Source of the DNA: Thermodesulfobacteriota bacterium
GTDB lineage: Bacteria > Desulfobacterota > Desulfobulbia > Desulfobulbales > SURF-16
Length of the DNA stretch: 63,452 bases
NCBI GenBank assembly: GCA_040755455.1
Contig: JBFMAY010000024.1
Coordinates: forward strand, 1 to 63,452
Direction of reading: 5' to 3'
Position numbers and translations under genes: made by a program. Numbering within the stretch: the first letter of the stretch is position 1; each line of letters begins with the position of its first letter. The notes beneath the pieces are model-generated. The model saw only the letters and a list, made by a program, of their open reading frames with translations. It was not told the DNA's origin and did no database searches. Shown here in pieces: positions 36,680 through 48,314 of the stretch.

Positions 36680-38299
36680 TTAATCCTTCAGCAGACCAGC
36701 CGCCCGCAGCATGGCCCAGCCGGCCTCATCCTCACCGGCGGCGCAATAAGCCGCAGCCCGGCGGCGGCCGGCAAAATGGCCGAGCAGCCGGGTGGCCAGT
36801 TTCTTGCCAAGCTGCACCCCCTCCTGATCAAAGGAGTTGATGTTCCACAGAAAGCCCTGGAAGGCGATCTTGTTCTCGTACAGGGCAAGCAGGGCGCCCA
36901 TGCTGCGCGGGGTCAGCCGTTGCCCCATGAGCACGCTGTTGGGCCGGTTGCCCGGGAAACGCCGGTTGGGATTGTCGTGCGCCTGCCCGGTGGCCAAGGC
37001 GAGGGACTGGGCCAGCAGATTGGCCAGCAGCTTCTCCTGGGAGCTGGTCTCCTTGACCAGCATATCCCGGTCATACTGGCTGTGGCGAAAGCCGATGAAC
37101 TCCACGGGAATAACGGTGGTGCCCTGGTGGATGAGCTGGTAAAAGGCGTGCTGGCCGTTGGTGCCGGGCTCGCCCCAGATGATGGGGCCGGTCTGATAGG
37201 CCAGTCTCTCGCCCTGGCGGTTGATTGATTTGCCGTTGCTCTCCATGTCGCACTGCTGCAGGTGGGCGGCAAAGCGCACCAGGCCCTGGCTGTATGGCAG
37301 AACCGCCAAGGTCTCGCAGTTTAAAAAATTGTGGTTCCAGATGCCGAGCAGCGCCATGAGCAAAGGGATATTTTTGCGGATGTCCCGCTCTTCGGCCGCC
37401 ACGTCCACCTCGTGCGCCCCGCGCAGGATCTCGACAAAGCCCTCATAGCCCAGGGCAAAGCCGAGCATGACCCCGCCCACCATGGAGGTGGAGCTGTAGC
37501 GGCCGCCGATGTAGTCATACATGTAAAAGGAACGGAGATAGTGGGCGGGATTGTCCATGGGACTGCCCTCGCCTGTCACGGCCACGAAATGGGCCCGGGG
37601 ATCAAGGCCGGCATCCTTGTAAGCCTGGCGGACCAGCTCCTCATTGGTCAGGGTTTCCAGGGTGGTGCCGCTTTTTGACACCACGTTGACCAGGGTGCGG
37701 GAAAGATCAAGCCCAGCGAGCACCCCGGCCGCGTCATCCGGGTCCACATTGGAGATGAAATCAACCCGCCGGCCGCTGGGCCTGAAGGCGGCCAGGGCGT
37801 GATACAGTGCCCGGGGACCGAGATCCGAGCCGCCGATGCCGACTTGCACCATGCCGGTGAACGTCTCCCCCCGGCTGTTGACCAGGGCGCCGCTCTCCAG
37901 ATCAGCCAGAAACAGCCGCAGCTTCTCCAGCTCTTTGGCGGCCTGGGCCGAGGCCGCCGGCTCCAGGGGTGACGTGGAAAAGACATCCCGGGTGGCCGTG
38001 TGCAGCACCTGGCGGTTCTCGCACTCATAGCCCTCAATGCGGTTCATCACCGCCCCCTTTTTCATGGCCAGCAGCTGCTCCACCGCCTGGCCCTGGTCCG
38101 CCAGCTGCTGCAGGGCGGCAAGCACCCCGTCATCCACCCGCTGGGTAGCGTAGAGAAGATCAAAGCCGGCCGTGGAACAGACACAGCTGCTGATGCGTTG
38201 CCCGCCCACCGCGCCTCGGGCAGTCAGATCAAAGGGATTACCGGCCAATGTTTGCAACGTGGCGTAAGAAGGCAGTTGATCAAGATTCATATAATTCAT
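36680..38299 (-). CDS. pgi: glucose-6-phosphate isomerase
   Basis: VGIGGSDLGP, SKSGTTLET, GGRYS, QQCDMESNGK, GTNGQHAFYQLIHQG, NSFDQEGVQLGK. Confidence 0.96.
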   Translation of the reverse strand: MNYMNLDQLPSYATLQTLAGNPFDLTARGAVGGQRISSCVCSTAGFDLLYATQRVDDGVLAALQQLADQGQAVEQLLAMKKGAVMNRIEGYECENRQVLHTATRDVFSTSPLEPAASAQAAKELEKLRLFLADLESGALVNSRGETFTGMVQVGIGGSDLGPRALYHALAAFRPSGRRVDFISNVDPDDAAGVLAGLDLSRTLVNVVSKSGTTLETLTNEELVRQAYKDAGLDPRAHFVAVTGEGSPMDNPAHYLRSFYMYDYIGGRYSSTSMVGGVMLGFALGYEGFVEILRGAHEVDVAAEERDIRKNIPLLMALLGIWNHNFLNCETLAVLPYSQGLVRFAAHLQQCDMESNGKSINRQGERLAYQTGPIIWGEPGTNGQHAFYQLIHQGTTVIPVEFIGFRHSQYDRDMLVKETSSQEKLLANLLAQSLALATGQAHDNPNRRFPGNRPNSVLMGQRLTPRSMGALLALYENKIAFQGFLWNINSFDQEGVQLGKKLATRLLGHFAGRRRAAAYCAAGEDEAGWAMLRAAGLLKD

Positions 38300-38326
38300 G
38301 GTTTGTATCCCGAGAAAGTTAACTTA

Positions 38327-38593
38327 TTAATTACTTAATTTGTTAAACATTTTTTTCTTTATCCAATTAAACAGATAATTACCTATCGCATTGGACTTCT
38401 GTGGCTCAGAAAGAAAAATTTCCATACCACCAGATTCACTAAATATTATTTTTACATCTTTTCCTGTATACAGTGATGATATTTGGGTTAACAAATAACT
38501 AGCCAATTCAACATTGTTTTTTTGGGTATAATTGCGTCCCAAATTTTCTGCCTTTTCCTTGGGTTGAGGCTTATTTTTGTTTCCAATATCCAT
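38327..38593 (-). CDS. hypothetical protein (AT-rich)
   Basis: 88-aa ORF filling an AT-rich intergenic patch; no recognised motif. Confidence 0.4.
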   Translation of the reverse strand: MDIGNKNKPQPKEKAENLGRNYTQKNNVELASYLLTQISSLYTGKDVKIIFSESGGMEIFLSEPQKSNAIGNYLFNWIKKKMFNKLSN

Positions 38594-38737
38594 CTGAGAT
38601 GCCTCGTCAAAATTCAGTTTATCAATTCAATTCTCATTCAATTTATTCTGGCTCTATAAAAATCTTATCAATTAAATCCATGGAGAGTTTGTATTTCTCC
38701 TTCCATAGTAATATTTCACAACAAGGACCAAAATCCT

Positions 38738-41462
<2,725 letters not shown>

Positions 41463-41504
41463 GGCAGGAAAGTCTGATAGGTGTTTAGATTTAGGCTGTA
41501 GGTT

Positions 41505-41568
41505 GTATTAGGGTACCCATTGTGGGTATGTACCCATGCAGGAGGGCAACCACAAGGGTTGCCCTTAC
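41505..41568. repeat. REP-like element (degenerate doublet)
   Basis: AGGGCAACCACAAGGGTTGCCCTTAC (41543-41568) with a decayed partner GGGTACCCATTGTGGGTATGTACCC. Confidence 0.55.
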
Positions 41569-41627
41569 AGACTAAACATCAGGCTTTTATTTGAAATATA
41601 GGCTGTAGGTGATAGGGATTTAGTAAC

Positions 41628-41738
41628 GAGTCTGTAGAAAAAGGTAAAAAGGCATAAAAGCTCAAACTTGATATTATTGAAACTGCTAAAGTTTGTTTTC
41701 GCTATTTTCAGCCTCGAAAAGGGTTTTTCTACAGCCTC
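41628..41738. mobile_element. 111-bp MITE with 15-bp terminal inverted repeats and AAC direct repeats
   Basis: GAGTCTGTAGAAAAA (41628-41642) versus TTTTTCTACAGCCTC (41724-41738), 14/15 complementary; flanked by AAC at 41625-41627 and 41739-41741. Confidence 0.7.
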
Positions 41739-41824
41739 AACGATACGGGTAACCAGCCGCCCTAAAAAGTTGACCCGGCAGGCCGCCGCAGATTTTGCGG
41801 TCTGGTTTACCCGCTGGTTAAAGG
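41735..41824 (-). mobile_element. integron attC site
   Basis: Minus strand CCTTTAAC-CAGCGGGTAAACCAGACCGC ... GCGGCTGGTTACCCGTATC-GTT: paired L boxes with two extrahelical bases and AAC/GTT triplets, ~50 bp downstream of an AT-rich ORF. Confidence 0.72.
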
Positions 41825-41874
41825 ATTGAAAGCGATAAAAAGACGTCGCATCAATCCTTATTGGTTCTAGTGGT

Positions 41875-42879
41875 TTAAATATTTGGTGGTGTAGAAAATG
41901 TAAACCACTGATTTGAGGCTGAACTAGCACCAACTACATAAAAATAAAAGTAATGAAATAAGGACCATGTTGAAACATCATTACCTTCTCGTAAACGGAC
42001 AGACCAATAATAATTAGTGCCAGGTTTTAGTTCTGTAGTTAATTGATAACTTGGATCTTTAATATCTTCATTTAGTAAAACAACTCTACCTGGTATATAT
42101 GTTTTACCAATGCTATCAATATAATAGGCAGCGGCTTCATAAACTATTAAGTCATATGTAACGTTTTTATTTACAGATGCTTCCCATTTAAATATCGATT
42201 TTGCATTACTAATTTTTTTAAATGGCTGCGCTGTTGCTTCAGGATAAATAGGAATTACTCCATTAAAAATTTTCCCTAAGTATTTATTTTCACATTTTAT
42301 TCCCCATTTATCATCGCAAATATATTGAATATTGTCATATGATCCAGGTTGAGGTTCTGTTTCCATAATAGAGATAGAAGGTTCCTCTCTTATATTATGG
42401 AATTTATTCTTAAATTTTGATATTGATATTTCAGAATTATCTTCAATTGTACAGCCAAAACGATTGCTTTGCATAATTAATAGGAAATTACCGATGTATA
42501 GGCTTTTTTTGCCAATTGGAACGTTAAATTTTGCTCTAATCGGTAATTTTTGACTCACGCTCATAAAGTTACCGAATCCTAAGATGGTATATTCGCCTGG
42601 CGATAATGACCAAAAAAAATTTCCATCATCTTTTATTTCATATGAATGTGCTATATTCGAATTTGGTGGAAGTATAATCAATAGGGGTTTTTCGAAGAAT
42701 TTTTCTCCCCATTTTTCCACACCTTCAGCACCTATGAGCGTTAACTTTCCAAAAACAATACACTGATCGTCTGATGGAGCTTCATTAATGTCAACGATGA
42801 ATCCTTTTCCCGCGCATGAAGTAAGCAAAAATAATAAGATGCAGATAATTGGAATAATTTTTTTTGTAATTAAATTCAT
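41875..42879 (-). CDS. hypothetical lipoprotein (AT-rich cassette gene)
   Basis: Lipobox LLTSC; WSLSPGEY; C-terminal Ig/FN3-like FKW...YDL.VY...LKPGTNYYWSVR; much more AT-rich than its flanks. Confidence 0.85.
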   Translation of the reverse strand: MNLITKKIIPIICILLFLLTSCAGKGFIVDINEAPSDDQCIVFGKLTLIGAEGVEKWGEKFFEKPLLIILPPNSNIAHSYEIKDDGNFFWSLSPGEYTILGFGNFMSVSQKLPIRAKFNVPIGKKSLYIGNFLLIMQSNRFGCTIEDNSEISISKFKNKFHNIREEPSISIMETEPQPGSYDNIQYICDDKWGIKCENKYLGKIFNGVIPIYPEATAQPFKKISNAKSIFKWEASVNKNVTYDLIVYEAAAYYIDSIGKTYIPGRVVLLNEDIKDPSYQLTTELKPGTNYYWSVRLREGNDVSTWSLFHYFYFYVVGASSASNQWFTFSTPPNI

Positions 42880-43095
42880 TTGTTAAGCCTTTTTAAGTAT
42901 TTCCCCGCTACCACTAACAAGTTATTATCCAGTTTCTGAATATCTACTCCAGCCTGGACATTCTTGACAACAAAATATGGGGGGATTCCATGCGTCCTTA
43001 ACTTGATATCATTACAATTCAGCATGATAAGCAGAAACTTGATAACATCACCGACGAGATCCACCTAAAAACCTACAGACTAACACACTAACCAC

Positions 43096-44451
43096 CTATT
43101 TCTCATCGATAATCCCCAGCAGCTCAGCCGTTTTCCGCTCCATCAGCGCCCGGTCTCCCCGGCTTTCCACGTTAAGCCGCAGCAGGGGCTCGGTATTGGA
43201 TTTGCGGGCATTGAAGCGAAAGGCGGCGCAGCTCATGCTGAGCCCGTCGGTATAATCCCTGTCCGGGCATTCCTTGATGAAAACCTCTTCTATCCGGGCC
43301 AGCACCGCGTCCGGATCGGTAACCCGGCGGTTGATCTCGCCGCTCACCGGAAAGGCCGCCTGCCGGTCGGCCATCAGCTCGGAGAGCTTCCGGCCGGTTC
43401 TGCTGACCAGCTCGGCCACCAGCAGCCAGGGAATCATGCCGGAGTCGCAGTAGGCAAAATCGCGGAAATAATGGTGGGCGCTCATCTCGCCGCCGTACAG
43501 GGCATCCTCCGCCCGCATCCGCTCCTTGATGAAGGCGTGTCCTGTCTTGCTCATCACCGCCTCGCCCCCCGCCTCGGCCACCAGCTCCCGGGTGTTCCAG
43601 ACCAGGCGCGGATCATGGATGATCTTGGCCCCTGGCCGCTTGGCCAGCATGGCCTGGGCCAGCAGGCCGACAATGTAATAACCCTCGACAAAGGCGCCTT
43701 TTTCATCAAAGAAGAAGCAGCGGTCAAAATCCCCGTCCCAGGCCAGGCCCAGATCCGCCCCATGCTCCAGCACGGCCCGGCTGGTGATTGCTCTATTTTC
43801 CGGCAGCAGCGGATTGGGCACGCCGTTCGGGAAAGTGCCGTCCGGCTCATGGAAGAGTTTGATAAAGCGAAAAGGCAGCGCGCTTTCCAGCAGATCGATG
43901 ACCGGCCCGGCGCAGCCGTTACCGGCGTTGACCACGATCTTCAGCGGTTTTAGCGCCGCAGGCGCCACATAGGTGAGCAGATGGTCGATATAGGCCCGCT
44001 GGTTATTGACTTCCTCCAGCCTGCCGCGCCCTGCTGCGGGGGCCTTGAATCCGGCGGCGGCAAGCCGCTCGATATCCCCCAGGCCGGTATCGCCGCTCAC
44101 CGGCACCGCCCCTTTGCGCACCAGCTTCATGCCGTTGTAATCCGCCGGGTTGTGGCTGGCGGTGACGATGATGCCGCCATCCACCTCCAGGTTGAAGGCG
44201 GCGAAATAGATCTCCTCGGTGCCGCACAGTCCCAGATCGAGCACATCGACGCCTGCGGCAAGAAAGCCTTCAGCCAGTGCCCCGGCCAGAGATGGGCCGG
44301 AGAGGCGGATATCATGGCCGATGGCCATCCGCCGCGGCTTGAAACAAAGGGCATAGGCCTGGCCGATGCGAAAGGCAAGCTCTGCATCCAGCTCGTCCGG
44401 CACCCGGCCGCGGATATCATAGGCCTTGAAACAGGCAAGATACTCAGTCAT
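43096..44451 (-). CDS. manB: phosphomannomutase/phosphoglucomutase (CpsG type)
   Basis: [37 protein letters not shown]. Confidence 0.93.
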   Translation of the reverse strand: MTEYLACFKAYDIRGRVPDELDAELAFRIGQAYALCFKPRRMAIGHDIRLSGPSLAGALAEGFLAAGVDVLDLGLCGTEEIYFAAFNLEVDGGIIVTASHNPADYNGMKLVRKGAVPVSGDTGLGDIERLAAAGFKAPAAGRGRLEEVNNQRAYIDHLLTYVAPAALKPLKIVVNAGNGCAGPVIDLLESALPFRFIKLFHEPDGTFPNGVPNPLLPENRAITSRAVLEHGADLGLAWDGDFDRCFFFDEKGAFVEGYYIVGLLAQAMLAKRPGAKIIHDPRLVWNTRELVAEAGGEAVMSKTGHAFIKERMRAEDALYGGEMSAHHYFRDFAYCDSGMIPWLLVAELVSRTGRKLSELMADRQAAFPVSGEINRRVTDPDAVLARIEEVFIKECPDRDYTDGLSMSCAAFRFNARKSNTEPLLRLNVESRGDRALMERKTAELLGIIDEK

Positions 44452-44654
44452 ATGGTTACTCCTGCAAAAAGAGATCGGGAAATAAGGAAAAAATTGACAC
44501 AAGAATTTTAATTGACCATTATCAGGGCCGGCTTGTCAATTTGAAAGACGCAAGAAGAGTAACTTCCCAGGTGTTTAGTCTGCAGATGTTGAGTCTGTCA
44601 GTAAAATACCACTTTGCCCATGCTGGATATAAGCCCTATTTCGCACCCCGCCTG

Positions 44655-44773
44655 CCCCATCACCGCAAGCGGGAATAACGAATAATGAAAGCCTCGCGTG
44701 GTAGGAGCGGGCCATGCCCGCGATAAACAGTGTTCCCGAAATGCCAAGGGTCGCGGGCATGGCCCGCTCCTAC
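44655..44773 (+). repeat. ~120-bp REP-doublet element, copy 1
   Basis: GTAGGAGCGGGCCATGCCCGCGA ... TCGCGGGCATGGCCCGCTCCTAC plus a ~45-bp flank; a near-identical inverted copy is at 47429-47546. Confidence 0.85.
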
Positions 44774-44874
44774 CGCCGAATGACATGCATAGCAGCGGCA
44801 AGGACTTTCATATAATACCTGACAGACTACTGTCTAATAACCTGAACAACCTGCGGTTCTCAACAAGGGGAAAA

Positions 44875-45477
44875 ATGAATCCAGAAATTTTACCGGCCGA
44901 CATCTCAGGCCGGATAGCGCAGCTCTACAGCGAGATGGAAAGGGCCTATGATGAACTGGCGCAGGGACTGCATTTTTCCTGCGCCGGCTGCCCGGATAAC
45001 TGCTGTGACAGCTATTTCCAGCATCACACTTACAGCGAATGGGCCTATCTGTGGGAGGGGCTGCAGCAGCTTACGGAGGATCGCAGAAAGACGTTTATGG
45101 CCAGGGCCCAGGAGTATGTCCGGCAAAGCCGGGGCATGCTGGCCAGGGATGAGCGGCCGAATCTCATGTGCCCCATCAATGAGGACGGGCTCTGCGCCCT
45201 CTATCCCCATCGGCTCATGATCTGCCGCCTGCACGGCGTCCCATCCGCCATGACCAGGCCGGACGGCAAACGGCTGGATTTCCCCGGCTGCTTCCGCTGC
45301 CAGGAGATCGTCGCCGGCCGGCAGGACATCCCCCATCTTGACCGGACGAGGATGTATCAGACCCTTGTCGAAATCGAAATGGATTGGCTGGGCCCCAAAC
45401 GGCGCATCCTGCCCAAAGTCAGAATGACCCTGGCCGAGATGGTGGTCAAGGGTCCGCCCATCTTCAATTTCTGCTGA
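44875..45477 (+). CDS. YkgJ-like cysteine-cluster protein
   Basis: FSCAGCPDNCC, MCP...GLCALYPHRLMICRLHG, CFRC. Confidence 0.8.
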   Translation: MNPEILPADISGRIAQLYSEMERAYDELAQGLHFSCAGCPDNCCDSYFQHHTYSEWAYLWEGLQQLTEDRRKTFMARAQEYVRQSRGMLARDERPNLMCPINEDGLCALYPHRLMICRLHGVPSAMTRPDGKRLDFPGCFRCQEIVAGRQDIPHLDRTRMYQTLVEIEMDWLGPKRRILPKVRMTLAEMVVKGPPIFNFC

Positions 45478-45483
45478 CACACC

Positions 45484-45852
45484 TCAGAGAAGCGAGGTAA
45501 GCACCTCGCATTCCCGGCAGATTTTCAGCTTTTCCCGGCAGCCTTTCTCGTTGGTGCAATCACAGAGGGTGCCGCAGATGAACCAGCAGAGATGGCCGGC
45601 CTGGAATTCCCAGGCGGGGCATTGCTCCTTCCTGTCACAGTTCTTTCTGTCCCAGCACGGCTTGCGGTTCTTATCCTGCCGCCGCTGACTGGAAAGCAGA
45701 AAGAAGATCTGCCGCTGGACATGGGAAGGGATGGTCCGCCAGCCCTGCTCATAACTGTGGATGGCCTTCAGTGAGACGCCGAGAAGAGAGGACAGCTCCT
45801 TCTGGGTTTTCGCCAGCTGCTTCCGCGCTTTCGCAAATTCTGATTTATCCAT
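45484..45852 (-). CDS. XRE-type HTH regulator with C-terminal Cys-rich (two-CW) domain
   Basis: TQKELSSLLGVSLKAIHSYEQGWR; CWDRKNC...CPAW...CWFICGTLC...CRECEV. Confidence 0.85.
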   Translation of the reverse strand: MDKSEFAKARKQLAKTQKELSSLLGVSLKAIHSYEQGWRTIPSHVQRQIFFLLSSQRRQDKNRKPCWDRKNCDRKEQCPAWEFQAGHLCWFICGTLCDCTNEKGCREKLKICRECEVLTSLL

Positions 45853-45969
45853 GATGTATCAATCTTGTTTTTTGCCTTTCTGCTCAAAATAGCGGGTCTA
45901 TTGCTACATGGTAGTATGCACGTCAAGAATATTCTTAGCACATTCTAGGCAAAAATACTCACAAAAAAT

Positions 45970-46002
45970 AAAAAAGCGGCTATAACATTGCGTCATAGCC
46001 GC
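45970..46002 (-). terminator. intrinsic terminator after the DAHP synthase gene
   Basis: Minus strand GCGGCTATGAC-GCAAT-GTTATAGCCGC followed by TTTTTT. Confidence 0.7.
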
Positions 46003-46030
46003 GGCGGGGTAAAACCAGTGCGAGAAACTG

Positions 46031-47368
46031 TCAGCTGCGAATCATTTCCGCAAGCTGGAAGGCGAGTTCCAGGCTCTGTTCGGCATTCAGGCGGGGATCG
46101 CAGTTGGTCAGATAGTTCTGCTGCAGATGCTGGTCAAGAATATTTCTGCCGCCGCCGGTGCACTCGGTGACATTATCGCCGGTGAGCTCGAAATGCACGC
46201 CGCCCGGAATTGACCCCTCGGCCCAGTGGATTTCAAAGAAACATTGCAGCTCCTGGAGAATCTCGTCAAAGTTTCTGGTCTTGTGGCCGGTTTCGGCGGT
46301 GTAGGTGTTGCCGTGCATGGGATCGCAGCTCCACACCACCTTATAGCCTTCCTTCTTGATCTCCCGGATCAGGGCCGGCAGATATTTATCCACGTTCTTG
46401 GCGCCGAAACGGGTGATCAGCGTCATTCTGCCCGGTTCATTTGACGGATTGAGCCGGCTGATGAGCTTTTTGATCTCGTCAATGTCGTGCTTGGGGCCGA
46501 TCTTCAAACCGAGGGGATTCAACACCCCGCGCAGAAACTCGACATGGGCGCCGTCAAGCTGCCTGGTCCGGTCGCCGATCCACACCATATGGGCGCTGCA
46601 GTCGTACCAACCCCCGGTGATGGAATCCTGGCGGGTCAGGGCCTCTTCGTAACCAAGGAGCAGTGCCTCATGGGAGACAAAAAATGATGCCTCATTAAGC
46701 TGGGGGGTATCCGTATTCAGGCCGATGACTTCCATGAAATGCAGGGCCTGGTTGATGTTGCGGGCCAGCCGCTCATAGGAGCGGCCCATGGGCGAGGACT
46801 TGACGAACTCGTTGTTCCAGGCATGCACCCGGTGCAGGGCTGCATAGCCGCCCTTGGTGAAGGCGCGGGTGATGTTCATGGTGGCGGCGGCCAGGTAGTA
46901 GCCCTTGACCATGCGCTGCGGGTCCGGACGGCGCGCCTCCTCGGTGGGTTCGGGACTGTTGACCATATCGCCCCGGTAGCTGGCGATCTCCTGGCCGTTC
47001 ACCATTTCCGTGTCCGCGGAACGGGGTTTGGCATACTGGCCGGCCATGCGTCCCACCTTGATCACCGGTTTGCCGCCCGCGTAGCTTAAAATAACGGCCA
47101 TCTGCAGGATGACCTTCAATGTGTCCCTGATGCCGGGCGCGGTGCAGTGGGTAAAATCCTCGGCGCAGTCGCCGCCCTGGAGCAGAAAGGCCTTGCCTTC
47201 CACCGCGTCGGCAAGCTGTTTTTTCAATTCCCTGATCTCGCCGGCAAAAACCACGGGCGGCAATTTGGCAATGGTTTCAATCGCCTCCTCGTATGCCTTC
47301 CGGTCAGGCCATTTTGGTTGTTGCAGTGCTGCAAATTTCTGCCAGCTTGATTTCGTCCAGTCAGACAT
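46031..47368 (-). CDS. class II DAHP synthase
   Basis: QQP.WPD, LLQGGDCAE, GRMAGQYAKPRS, WIGDRTRQLDGAHVEF, CDPMHGNT, CDPRLN. Confidence 0.96.
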   Translation of the reverse strand: MSDWTKSSWQKFAALQQPKWPDRKAYEEAIETIAKLPPVVFAGEIRELKKQLADAVEGKAFLLQGGDCAEDFTHCTAPGIRDTLKVILQMAVILSYAGGKPVIKVGRMAGQYAKPRSADTEMVNGQEIASYRGDMVNSPEPTEEARRPDPQRMVKGYYLAAATMNITRAFTKGGYAALHRVHAWNNEFVKSSPMGRSYERLARNINQALHFMEVIGLNTDTPQLNEASFFVSHEALLLGYEEALTRQDSITGGWYDCSAHMVWIGDRTRQLDGAHVEFLRGVLNPLGLKIGPKHDIDEIKKLISRLNPSNEPGRMTLITRFGAKNVDKYLPALIREIKKEGYKVVWSCDPMHGNTYTAETGHKTRNFDEILQELQCFFEIHWAEGSIPGGVHFELTGDNVTECTGGGRNILDQHLQQNYLTNCDPRLNAEQSLELAFQLAEMIRS

Positions 47369-47428
47369 CTGATTTCTCCATTATTTTATATGAAAGTCTC
47401 TTTCCTGTCTTGTTGTGCCGGCCGGGAC

Positions 47429-47546
47429 GTAGGAGCGGGCCATGCCCGCGACCTCCGGCATTTCGGAACATTGTATATCGCGGGCATGGCCCGCTCCTAC
47501 CCCGCGGGACTTTCATTATTCGTTGTTCCCGCTTGCGGAGATGGGG
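47429..47546 (-). repeat. ~120-bp REP-doublet element, copy 2 (inverted)
   Basis: Reverse complement aligns to 44655-44773 along its full length with scattered mismatches. Confidence 0.85.
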
Positions 47547-47639
47547 GTTAGCTGTTTCGCAAAAACCTGTCCATGTCCCGTGCATGGCAAGTCCGTGCTG
47601 CGAACATGGATAGTTTTTTAGTGTATCGTCTGTTACCGG

Positions 47640-48230
47640 TTAGTTGCCGCCTCTGCCCTCCGGGGCCCTGGGTAAGGCGCAGGGGGCCCCGGCACAGCAG
47701 ATCTCCACATCAAAGGCGTTTAAAATGCGCAGCTCACGCTCGCATTTCGCCTTGTCATTAAAGGGGACAAACTGCAATTTGTCAAACATTTTGACGGTCT
47801 CCGCCATGGCCGGGATGGCCGCGAGACCCGTACCGAGCACCTCGCCGCTTTCCGTGTCAAGCAGTTCCGCGTCCTGGCCGTTGGTCACCACCGCCAGCGG
47901 AATGCGGTACTCCTGTTCCAGCACCCTTGCCGCCGCAACGGCGGGCCGCTCCCTGGTCACCAGCGAACCGGGGGCATAGCGAATGAGCATGAACCGCCTG
48001 CCGTTGTGGAGCAACGTAATGTCTATCTTTGACACGACAAACTGCCCGGCAAAAAGGGTTTCGATTTTGCGCCGCATCTCCAGGGCGCTTTTCGGGTAGC
48101 CCTTTTCCTCGACCAGCAGCCGGGCGATCCGCTGCCGGATGCGTTCGTCATCGGTGTCGGTCAGCGTTTCTCCGGTGACATAATCCGTGCACGTACCATA
48201 GACGATGTGATGCAAAGGGATATCAGCCAT
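47640..48230 (-). CDS. stand-alone type I restriction enzyme R N-terminal-like domain protein
   Basis: DTDDERIRQ..ARLLVEEKGYP, PGSLVTRERP..AAAR, LAVVTNGQDAELL. Confidence 0.7.
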   Translation of the reverse strand: MADIPLHHIVYGTCTDYVTGETLTDTDDERIRQRIARLLVEEKGYPKSALEMRRKIETLFAGQFVVSKIDITLLHNGRRFMLIRYAPGSLVTRERPAVAAARVLEQEYRIPLAVVTNGQDAELLDTESGEVLGTGLAAIPAMAETVKMFDKLQFVPFNDKAKCERELRILNAFDVEICCAGAPCALPRAPEGRGGN

Positions 48231-48314
48231 TGTGCCCGCCTGCGGAACCAAACAGCAAAGGGGGCCATGAGGCCCCCTGCTGCTGTTTTCCCGTCCTGTC
48301 AATCCGCTATCTGT

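Noticed and set aside
42876..43064. 62-aa ORF upstream of the lipoprotein
   Set aside because: GTG start inside the flanking repeat, no RBS or motif; unsupported.
47640..48230. Type I restriction-modification system
   Set aside because: Only a small N-terminal-like domain; no hsdM, hsdS or helicase domain nearby.
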